A stretch of 64,000 nt of DNA, taken from NCBI RefSeq assembly GCF_030144855.1, contig NC_082706.1, positions 42,470,001 to 42,534,000 of the forward strand. The letters run 5' to 3'. Positions 26,559 to 37,069 of this stretch are shown here, one piece after another. Source of the stretch: Hypanus sabinus (taxonomy: Eukaryota). Within the stretch, counting starts at the first letter, position 1; the number at the start of each line of letters is the position of its first letter. The notes beneath the pieces are model-generated. The model saw only the letters and a list, made by a program, of their open reading frames with translations. It had not been told where the DNA came from and made no database searches. Both the position numbers and the translations under genes were made by a program.

Positions 26559-27150
26559 TCAATCTGTCCGTCTTTTGAGCTTTAGCACCATCGGGTCTTC
26601 TCCCTGGACGCAAGTCCATTCTGCACCTTCTTCGGGCTTTACGGGTCCCTTGATTCTCGCGGCGTGGGTCCACCCTTTTTCTTTTGTCCTTACTGCGGCT
26701 TCGGTGGTCAGTAGCACCTGGAATCGGCCTTCCCACTGCTGCTGTAACTTCTCTGGCTTCCAAGTCTTAATCAGGACCCAGTCACCGGGCTGAGTTCGGT
26801 GGAGTGCGAAGTCCAGAGGTGGGGTTTGTGCGAGTAACCCCTTCCTGCGCAATTCTGCAAAAGAACGAGACAGTGCCTGTAAATAGTCCCTTACAAAGAC
26901 ATCTCCCCCTTGCAGGGAAGGATAGCCCTCCACCTTGTTCCAATATGGAAGGCCAAACAACATTTCATAAGGGGATACTCCTATATCTTTTCGAGGAGCC
27001 GTGCGGATTCTTAGTAGGGCCAGGGGTAGACACTTGGTCCAGGGTAGCTTGGTTTCCATTAGTTTTGTCAATTGCTTCTTCAAAGTACTGTTCATCCTCT
27101 CAACTCTTCCTGAGCTCTGAGGGTGCCAGGGGGTGTGCAGCTTCCACTCG
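26559..27150 (-). pseudogene. pol: ERV integrase C-terminal half
   Basis: WQLHTPWHPQSSGRVERMNSTLK, ALLRIRTAP, SPYEMLFG and WEGRFQVLLTT; the HHCC domain and the first two catalytic Asp residues are missing. Confidence 0.9.
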
Positions 27151-27154
27151 CCTT

Positions 27155-28430
27155 CTGATGTTTGTCGGGCTCCCCTGTTGATTCTCCGTATAAGAACTGT
27201 GCCGGGTTACAACTATTGTTCTTTTCAAAGCTTAAATCATCCCCGACCATCAGAATGGTTTCGTATTTCAGTATGCGAGAGTCCGTCAACCACCGCTGAG
27301 CTTTTTGGGCTAAGAGGGTGCTAACGGAGTGCGGGGTATTCATTCTTCCCCCAAAGGTTAATTTCCGTGCTTCTTCTACTAGTACGGCTGCTGCCGCTAC
27401 GACTTGTATGCACGTCGGCCATCCCCGGGATACCGGGTCTAACATTTTTGATAAAAAGGCCACAGGTTGCCGCTTTCCTCCTTTTTCTTGGGTTAGTACT
27501 CCTAACGCAGTTCCTTCATTGTTTGTTGCATACAGCTGAAAGGGCTTTTCCAGTGCTGGCAGTGTTAATACCGGGGCCCGAATTAGTTGCCCTTTTATTT
27601 TCCTGAACTTCTGTTCTTCTTCTTCGGTCCAGCTGATCATTCCCCGGTCTTCCTTTGCCAATTTGTCGTACATAAACTTCACCAGGGGGGTATAATTCTC
27701 TATCCAAATCCGGCAATAGCCCACTAAGTCCAGAAATTGTCTTATTTCCTTCTTTGTCCTGGGAAGCGGTATTTTAGTTATTCCCGCTATTCTTTCTGGG
27801 GTTATTTGGCGGTGCCCTTTACTGACTCTGTGTCCGAGATATGTTATTTCCTTCTCGACAAATTGCAGTTTCTTCTTGGACACCCGCAATCCTTTTTCTC
27901 CTAGGTAATTCAGGAGTCTTATAGTATCGTCTCGCACTACCTCCTCTGCTGGTCCCGATAGTAGTAGGTCATCGACATACTGTAATAGTTGGTTCTTTTC
28001 GGTACAATGGAATCCAGCCAATACTTGCTCCAGTACCTGTTCGAATAGGTTTGGGGACTCCGTGAACCCTTGGGGCAAGACGGTCCACCGGAGTTGCTTC
28101 TTCCGCCCAGTGAAGGGATTTTCCCATTCAAATGCGAACATATCTCGGCTACCTTCCTCCAACGGGCAACTCCAAAAGGCATCTTTTAGATCTATCACAC
28201 TGAACCATTCATGTTCAGGAGGTATTTTGCTCATTAATGTATCGTGTTTGGACTACCGCATTTAAGCCTCTCAGATCTTGAACCATTCGATACGTGCCGT
28301 CGGGCTTTCGGACCGGTAGGATGGGGATATTAAAGGGTGACATACATTCTTCCAGGAGTCCATCTGATACTAATGTCTCAATTACAGGTTGTAATCCCCT
28401 CCTCCCTTCCATGGCAATGGGATATTGCCG
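27155..28430 (-). pseudogene. pol: ERV reverse transcriptase (polymerase, connection and tether; RNase H deleted)
   Basis: RQYPI, YRMVQDLR, IDLKDAF, LPQGF and QYVDDLL; one frameshift near 28235. Confidence 0.92.
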
Positions 28431-29361
28431 TCTTCTCTCTTCTGCTTGTTTGTCCCACTGTGGGTCGTTTACTGGAAATTTCCGGTCCCCCGGTAACTCA
28501 TTCGGCTGTTCCCTTCCCCAAATTGATATTGCAGCTTGTCGTATCATTTGCCTCTCTTGTGCAGAAAATAGCGTTCCCATAATCGCATGCATTTCTTCCC
28601 AAGTGTAAACATTAGGTCCTAAGAATTGATCCAACTGTTCTGCCAGTCCCATCGGATCTTCTAATAAAGTTTTCATATCTTTCTTAAATCCTCGTACTTC
28701 GGTACTTGTCAGAGGGACGTTTACAAATCCTGTTCCTCCCCGTTCTCCTCCCATTGGAACCTCTCGAAGGGGACACAGCTGTACCTCTTCCTTTTTTAAT
28801 TCGTCTTTCTTTTTCTTATCTGCTCCTGTCACACTCCTTGTTTCGATCCTTGCTTTTGCTTTTTCCCTAACATCCCTCTCTTCCCTCTTCAGGTCTATTT
28901 CTTCTGTTTTTTTCACTTTCTTCACGTCCTCCCTCTGCTCCCGTAAGGGGCGCAGAAGGCTGGACATAGGGAGGGGGTAAATGATCGAGTAGGTCCCACT
29001 TCCGCTCACCTTTAATGCCCAACTTAAAACTCTTTGTTGTTACTCCTGGCCAGGGAGCCCAACAAAAAGCATAAGCAATTTCTTCCGGTTTTACATTTGG
29101 TTTTGAATTAACGTAAATGTTTAAGGCTTGTCGTACCCAATCCTCCTCAGACCCAAGCCGCGGCCACCAGACCGCAGGTTTTTCTATCGGCTGTTTCGAC
29201 CAAATTAAACAGTACTGTATCATTTTTTTCTTTTGTTTCCCTTTTAGTCTTCCACATCCCCAATTCTCAAACATTCTACCGAGGGGGCTATCAGGAGGAA
29301 CCCCCGGGTATGGTCCCGGTCTCTCCGTTTCCTCTTTCTTTTTAGAGCCACCCCCTCCCAT
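28431..29361 (-). pseudogene. gag: ERV gag remnant (MA, late domains, CA N-terminal part)
   Basis: MGGGGSK myristoylation start, PPDSPLG..W, PPPY and PSAP late motifs, frameshift, then GFVNVPLTSTEVR...QLDQFLGPNVYTWEE...DPQWD. Confidence 0.88.
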
Positions 29362-29652
29362 CTTATTCCGCTCTTACTTAATCAGGAGGACCCCCGGGTA
29401 GCGATCCCGGTCTTCTCCGTCCTTACTTATTCCCGCACCTTTCTACTATAATAGTAGGCACTTACCCGGTGCGTCCTGGGGACTTCCAGTACCAGGTACT
29501 GTCCCCTTCTCCCCGTTTACCGCTCTGCGCTGTCCGGATATCACTCGCTCAAGCCGCGTTGGAGCGACGAGCAAGGAGTCAGGGACCGCCAAACTCGGCG
29601 GGGTGCACCGTCTCCGATGTCCTTCCTCGTGTCCACCGCGGCCGGAGTGTGG

Positions 29653-29670
29653 ATCCCGGACGAGCCCCCA
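29653..29670 (-). promoter_or_regulatory. Primer binding site for tRNA-Pro
   Basis: Minus strand TGGGGGCTCGTCCGGGAT is the 18-nt MLV-type PBS-Pro, 3 nt after the 5' LTR. Confidence 0.95.
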
Positions 29671-29673
29671 CGT

Positions 29674-30061
29674 TGTCAGAAACACACTGAGTCTCAGCAA
29701 TTTGCAGAACGGTAAACTTTATTTTTCGAGTCTGCAGAGTCGGACCCAACCAGCTCCTGCTAGATTGAGTGCCGAATTACACTTTGCACAGTTTTTTATA
29801 CCCTACATTCTTCTTTAATCTCATTACAAAATTACAAATGTGATTACCCCTTTGGCCCACTTATCAGCCTCAGCGCATTAACACCGTTATTGTTCAACCG
29901 TTAAGCATGTCTTCCCGTTACCCGTATCGCTTCTTTAATCAGCAAGCTATTGTTTCATCCTGATTTTGCAAATTGGTTTATACGTTGCCCTGCAAGTTGC
30001 TTTGCACGTTCTTTCTGTGTCAGCACATTCTAAATGGACTCCTTAAGAATCATTTCTCTCA
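29674..30061 (-). repeat. ERV 5' LTR (388 bp) with TATA box and polyA signal
   Basis: Minus strand GGGTATAAAAAA (about 29792-29803) and AATAAA (about 29718-29723). Confidence 0.95.
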
Positions 30062-30134
30062 ATAGATATTTGGACAGGAGCGCAATTTCAGTGCTTGCCA
30101 TAGGCGATATTTCCGCAGATACGCCCGTCCGAAA

Positions 30135-30607
30135 GTTCAAATTTTATCGTGTTTATCGTGTTCAGGGGGGTTTTCTAGTAGACTCACCACTCTAGCAGCC
30201 GTGGATTTGCTGAGCGACGCTACCACATTGAAATTTTTGGTACTGTTGGCGGACATTTCTGGCAGCGCGACCTGGGCCTCGGTTTGTACAGACCAAGCAA
30301 CGGCATTTTGTTGCCAGAAACTCCGGCAGTTTGAAAGCGACTGCATTGGCCGACACGTTCAACAACTCTGGAATCGGCCTCCAGCATTGCGGTCACCAAT
30401 GTAGGTTTTCGCAAATAAAAACTACGAAAGCGTTTTAGTTGATGAACTACCGTAACCACTCATTTACTCTGAACACTGAAATCTCGCACGGTAAAAAGCT
30501 CATTACGTAATCACGTCATCGCGTCAAGACAGCCTTCCAAAGTGAACCACAACCCAATGTCGGTGGCTGTGAATTTCATATGTTTCCACCAATTACCTTA
30601 CACTACG
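30135..30607 (-). mobile_element. Ty3/Gypsy relic: LTR, PBS and gag N-terminus
   Basis: FWQQNAVAW.VQ.EAQ.AL...VV.LLENPPEHDK gag motif; PBS TGGTGACC at 30391-30398; LTR begins TGTAGG at 30400. Confidence 0.75.
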
Positions 30608-31471
30608 AGACTATTAAGTTGTTCCCTAGTACAATAAGTTAGACTCTTAACCTCAAAACCTACCTCTTTATGAACTTGCGGCCACTTCGTATGGATTGGC
30701 AACACCCCCTGCTGCATAGGTACACTGGTGTATCACAAGATGTGTGCTTAACTCCGAGCCCTACTCACTTTATGATTGTGTAGCTAAGTACAGCTCCGAT
30801 GCCAAAGTAAGTCTGGCTGAATCAAAAGTGGTGACGAATCAGAATATGGAAGGGAGACTGAAAATCTTGTCGAGTGATGCCACTACAACAATCTCTCACT
30901 CAATAGCTGCAAAATCAAAGAGCCGATACGAACTACAGGACAAAGAAGCAGGGAATACATTAGCCTGACTTAATAGGGGGACGGAGATGGAGAGGGTCAG
31001 TAGTTTTGAATCCCTTGCCATCACCCTCCAACAATCAGGCTCCTGAACCAGCCCCGGATAACTTCACTCACCACTTTTCTGAACTGATCCCACAACTGAA
31101 GAACTCACTTTCAAGGACACTTTACAACTCATGCAATCAGTATTATTTATATCTGCACGTTTTTTTTTTGCAGGTTGTTTGTTGGTAGGCCTTTGACAAT
31201 TTATGGACAGTACCTCACAGCTGTCGGGTAAAGAGCCAACATTCTCTGTAGCTGTTACACTTTATACTGCATTGTTATTGTTTTAACTTACTCTACCTCA
31301 ACGCACTGTGGAATGATTTAAATGGTATAAACAGTGCGCTCTGTAAATGTGACAAAAATTAAACCTTTTCCAATTTGGAGACAAGTTGTTTTCAATATAT
31401 CTTACCTTGCAGAATACAGGACTCAAAACAATCAATGATCAATTTGATCCTCTTCTTGTTAAACCCAAAAC

Positions 31472-31911
31472 CACTCAATGCCGACTTTATTAGCTACACC
31501 TATACACTTGCACATTAATGCAAATATCTAAGCAGCCAATCATTAGGAAGCAACTCAATGCATAACAACATGCAGATATCGTCAAGTGGTACACTTCTTC
31601 AGGCCAAACATGAAAATAGGGAAGAAATGTGATTCTAGGTGACTTTCATTGTGGAATGATTATTGGTGCCAGATGGTTTGAGTATCTCAAAAACAAATGA
31701 CCTCCTTGAATTATCACACACGATAGTCTCTAGAGTTTACAGACACAAAGGTGTGAAAAACAAAAAAATAACATTGAGTCAACAGCAGTTCTGTGGGCGA
31801 CTATGACAAGTTTTGAAGTGGATGGACTACCACAGCAGAAGACCATGAACCTACACTCAATGGCCACTTTTATTAGGTACAGGAGATACTTAATAAAGTG
31901 GCCACAGAGTG
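31472..31911. mobile_element. Non-autonomous Tc1/mariner element
   Basis: TIR-like CACTCAATG(G)CC.ACTTTATTAG at the left end and TAATAAAGTGGCCACAGAGTG at the right, with an extra TIR copy at 31855; the interior resembles a Tc1 transposase start. Confidence 0.7.
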
Positions 31912-33234
31912 CAGTGTTTTATTCTGAATCAGTGCCATTCAAATTAAAGCACTTAGTTATTTCATTGTCTTTTGTGTCGGTGGCTGAATATTGGGTCATT
32001 TTACATCCAGACCTACATCTGTCATTCACAGTGGGAAGACAATTGAGGCACATAAAGGGATTTATGAGATCTCAACACAAGAATAACTAGAAACCTGAGT
32101 ACAGTGGGAGGCTACAGAGCAGAGGATATTCCACTGGTTTGACGGCTCACCTCACCCACTTCACTGTTCCCGTTGTGCATTCCCGGAATTGAGTGTCTCG
32201 GCTGTGATCTGGAAAAGAAAGAAGATATAATATAGGACATAGAACACAGAATATAGAACATAGAATACGGAACATCGAACATAGGGCTTAGACACAACAA
32301 GGAACATGGAGCACAATATAGGACACAGAACCTGGAGCATAGTACATCACAGGAACAGGCTCTTTAACACTTAAGTAAACTTGTAATTCAATGCCTAATC
32401 ATTTTCTCTCTGGGCAGTCTATATTCCTCCATTCTCTGCACATCCATGTGCCCGTCTAATTGACTCTTACCTCCATCACCCTGTCATACATACATTATAG
32501 GTACCCACCACTCTCTTTGTAAAATACTTCTCCTTTAAACTTTCTTCTTCTCATCTTAACCCCGAAAGAAAGCTACCAACTGTATTTATACTCTCTTAAT
32601 CATATAGACTTCTATCAGGGCTCCCCTCAGCCTCCACCGCTCTAGCTTGTCCAACCTCTCTTTATAGATCATGCCCTCTAATCCGGGCATGACCGGGCAT
32701 AATCCTCGGGAATCTGTCCTGCACCCTCCCCGAAGCAGCAAGAGCCCTGGGAAAAAATTATAATGTTATGATAGGCATATAGAGAGGGTAATTGGCTTGA
32801 GTTTAAATTACTAATGCCGGAGGGCCTTGAATTTAAGGAGGGAGGAAAAAGGTTCAAAGAAGATGCGCAGACGAGTGACGGAGACGAGTAGATAGAGGTG
32901 ACGGAGACGAGTAGATAGAGGTGTTTCAGAGGCTATTAAATAGGCACAGAAGTGTGTGGGGAATGGACATTCTGTAAGAAAAAGAGATGTAGTTCAATTT
33001 GGAATTGTATTTGGCACAGCTATCATGGGCTGAAGGGCCAAGTTCCTGTGCTGGACTTTTCTACCTTCAATGTCTCATGTTATATGTTGTATTACAGTGC
33101 TTACATCCACATCTGTTTCCAAATTATGACTTTAATTTGTGATCAGATTGGGATTAAGATTGCTTTATTATTGTCACAGTGAAAAACAGTTTTAAATGCT
33201 ATTCATACAGAATATTTCATCACATGGTTAACAA

Positions 33235-33960
33235 CTAATAGGGATAACCCTGGGAAATATAAACTAGTTACTTACATCAGTCATGGGAAAATTATTGGTG
33301 AGTATGATCAGACAGAGAATTTATGAGCATTTGGAAAAGTATAATCTGATTGGAGATAATCAACGTGGCTTTGTGAAGGGGCAGGTTGTGCTTCACGACC
33401 TTTTCAGATTGACCTTTTCAAAGAACTGACAAAACAATTTGATGAAGGCAGAGCAGTGGATGTGTATGGATTTTAGTAAGCTGTTTGACATCGTTCCCCA
33501 TTGGAAACTCATTCGATAAGTCAGGAGTGAGATACAGGGGAACTCAGATGTGTGGAATCAGATTTGGCTTGCCCACAGAAGGCAGAGAGTGGTAGCAGAT
33601 GGTAGTTGGGTGACCAGTGGTGTCTTGGAAAACCCTGTTCTTCATGATTTTTATAAATGACGTATAAGGAAATGGGAGGCTAGGTGAATAAGTTTCCAGA
33701 TGCCATAAAGGTTGGTAGTGTCATCAGAGTGCTGTAGGTTACAACTGGACATTGATAGGATGCAGAGCTGAGCTGAGTAGTGGCAGATGGAGTTTAACCT
33801 GGAAAGAGCGAAGGTCAAACTTGACGATAGACAAAAGATAAATGGTAAAATTCTTAGCAATGTGGAGGAGCAGTTGAATCTTGGGGTCCAATTCCATAGA
33901 TCCCTTAGAGTTGACGTGCGGTTCATAAGGTGGTTAAGAGAGCACATGATGTATTGGTCA
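33235..33960 (+). mobile_element. CR1 RT fragment
   Basis: Decayed GNY..V.L, DFSK.FD and WQMEFN motifs. Confidence 0.75.
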
Positions 33961-33974
33961 AGGTCTGTCAAAGT

Positions 33975-35620
33975 ATAAATATGTCACCATATACAACCTG
34001 AGATTCATTTTCCTGCAGGCATACTCAGCAAATCTATAGAGGATCAATGAAAAAAACTAGAGTGCTGGTGACAACAAACAGAGTAAAACGCAAATGCAAA
34101 TAAATAGCAATAAATAACGAATACACGAAATAACAAGGTAAAGAGTCCTTAAAATGACATCATTGGTTGTGGGAATATCTCAGTGGATGGTTAAGTGAGT
34201 GTGGTTAATCCCTTTGACCAAGAACATGATGGTTCTGGGGTAGTACCTGTTGTTGAACATGGTGATGTGAGTCCAGAGGCTCTTGTACCCTCTACCTGAC
34301 GGCAGCAGTGAGAAATGAGCATGGGTGGTGAGAATTTCTGATGATGGATGCTGCTTTCCTACAACAGCATTTCATGTCGATTTGCACAATGGTTGGGATG
34401 GTTTTACCCATGATGTACTCTGCCGGATCCCCTTCCTTTTGTCCGATTTTCCATTCAACTCTCTGGCATTTCCATACGAGGCCATGATGCATCCAGTCAA
34501 TAGTCTCTCCAACACATCTAAGGAGGTTTGTCAAATTTTTAGATGTCATGCCAAATCTCTGTAAGCTCTTAAGGATGCTGCCATGCTTTCTTCAGAATTG
34601 CACGTATATGCTGGGTCCAGGGCAGGTTCTCTAAAATAGTAATACCAAGGAATTTAAAGTTGCTAACATTCTTCACCTCTGATCCTCCAATGACGACTGG
34701 CTCATGGGCCTGTGTTTCCATTTCCTGAAGTCTACGATCAGTTCCTTTGTCTTGCTGACATTAAGTAAGAGTTATGACACCACTTAGCCAAATTTGTAAC
34801 CTTCCTCCTGTATGTTGATGCATCACCACCTTCGATTTGGCCCACAACAGTGCTGTCATCAGCAAACTTGAATATATTGTTAGAGCTGTGCTTAATCACA
34901 TGGTCGTAGGTGTAACACAAGTAGAGTTGGGTCTTCTACCTTTTACACACAGCCCTCAGGTGTACCTATGCTGATAGAGATCATGGAGGAGATGTTGCTG
35001 CCAATCAAAACTAACCGGGGTCTGTGAGTGAGGAAATCCTGAATCCAATTGCACAAGGGGGTACTGAGGCCAAAGTCTTGGAGCCTATTGATTAGTTTTG
35101 AGGGGATGATAATATTAAATGCTGAACTGTAATTGATAAAAACAATCCTGATGTATGTATCTTTGCTGTCCAAATGTTCTAGGGTTGAGTGAAGAGCCAG
35201 AGAAATGGCATCCGCTGTGGACCTGTTGCTCCAGGACGCAAATGGGAATTCAGCAACAGGTCAGGCAGGAGTAGATATGCTCTATCACCCGCCTCTCAGA
35301 ACACTTCATTACTGTGGATGTAAGTGCAACCGGGCGATTGTCAATGAGGCAGGTCACCACGATTTTCTTGGGCACCGATATAATTGAAGCCTGCTTGAAG
35401 CAAGTGGGTACCTCACATTACCAAGCGAGAGTTTAAAGATCTCAGTGAACACTCCAACCAGTTGGACAGCACAGGTCTTTAGAACATGACCAGGTACCCC
35501 GTCCGGTCCAAATACTTCCCTTGGATTCACTCTCCTGAGGGCTACTGCATGTCAGCTTCAGATCATAGGATCATCGGGAGATGTGGGTGTCTGCAATTAT
35601 TCCCCCATGTTCAATGTGAG
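33975..35620 (-). mobile_element. Rex1/Babar-type LINE, decayed RT and 3' end
   Basis: ORFs 34943..35173 ([25 protein letters not shown]), 34738..34920 (FKFADD) and 34292..34549. Confidence 0.8.
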
Positions 35621-36289
35621 CACAGAAGGTATTGAACTCAGCCGGGACTGAAGCTCTGTTGTCCTCTGCTTGCTTTAATTTGGTAGAGGTGGTAGCATTC
35701 AAACCCTGCTAAAGTTTCCAAGCGTCCTTCGTTGATTCCAGTTTGGTGTGCCTATGAGATGGCTTTACAGAGCCATCCACCTCAGCCTTGAAGTGACTTT
35801 ACAGAGATCACACCTGCACCTCCTTACAAGCAAGAGAAAATCTGCAGATGCTGGAAATCCGAGCAACACACCTAAAATGCTGGATGAACTCAGCAGATCA
35901 GGCAGCATCAATGGAAAAGAGTACAGTCGACGTTTTGGGTTAGTGACCCTCTGTGTGCTGGGGCTTAGTGTTGTGTTTAAGCTTCTGCATTGGGGTCGGT
36001 TGGAAGAGGATCAGGGTCATCAATTCAGGATCGGTAAAATAGTGGAAAGTCGCAGCAGGTCAGTCAGCATCTGTGGAGGATTGAAACCAGGTTAAGACCC
36101 CTCTTCAGACCTACGAAAAAGTATAAGCAAGCTTTTTTAAAGTTGTAGTGATGGATTTAAGAACAGGAGGTAGTGCGGATGGAGGAGATGTAAGCTCACT
36201 GTGTACATCAACCTCAGCCCACCCACGACAGTCCTTACTTCCTTAATCGTTTCTTATTTTTGCTTCACCCAATTCACTCAAAACTATAT

Positions 36290-36512
36290 ATAGGTGCTGG
36301 CAAACAGGCGTCACAGGCGCTGGCAAACACAGACAATGACGGAAATTTACCAGGAATGTGGGGAAAACCCAGCGATGTTGAAACCTTTGCTCATCCAATC
36401 CGCGGGCATCATCAGATTGAATAGCACTGGGAGCGACGCTATTTAAGACTGCTAGGAACGAAATTCTCAAACGACCCTCGAGCGCCCTGGATGTGACGCT
36501 CTGCAGGTGAGT
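36290..36512 (+). promoter_or_regulatory. Candidate promoter and non-coding first exon of the tectorin-like gene
   Basis: Non-repetitive CpG-containing patch with two GCTGGCAAACA motifs, CCAAT at 36395, TATTTAA at 36440 and donor CAG|GTGAGT at 36506/36507. Confidence 0.4.
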
Positions 36513-37069
36513 GAGTGGTAAAAAACGCGAGAACAGGGGATTTTTGAGGGAAGGGGTCGATTGCACCGGGAGGAGTAAGCAGGTTAAATCGAGGGTCCAG
36601 GAAGACGCTGCGGTTTCAGTGAACAGAACGAACCTCGGTTACTAGTCAGGGATGCTCCGAAAACCGTCCCGATCTCCCAACCTCTCCCACACATGAAAGG
36701 GTCGAGAACGGCAGGGTGGTGCAGTGGGTGGAGATGGTGTCTCCCTGTGTCAGCAGTCAATGGTAGGTCAAATGCATTTGTCCGCGCTGGGTGTAATGGT
36801 ACGCCAGCACCCACAGGCTATCCCTCAGCCCCGACAGCTCCATAGGAACCCCTTTCCTACACGGACTGTGACGGTTTGAGGGTGGAGGCAGCTGGAACCA
36901 CCCCCACTCCACTTTGTCAGTGGACGGGGCGAGAGGGGAGATAAATTTTGGCCAAAGGACGGAAATAAATAGATTAAAGAGCTGTTGCGGAAGAATAGTT
37001 TGAGATGTCTGTGATTTAAATTGGTTAGGTACAACTTCGATCATCTCGAACATAAAAAATGTAGCATAG

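Larger units (their letters stand above)
25599..30061 (-). mobile_element. Class I (HERV-I/IP-like) endogenous retrovirus, internally deleted, 4463 bp
   Basis: Two 388-bp TG...CA LTRs, PBS-Pro, PPT, and gag-pol-env remnants in canonical order. Confidence 0.95.

Noticed and set aside
29653-29670. tRNA-Pro gene
   Set aside because: Only the 18-nt complement of the tRNA 3' end is present, which is a PBS.
32875-32923. 23-bp perfect tandem duplication (similar ones near 46630 and 53440)
   Set aside because: Ordinary slippage duplications inside decayed repeats.
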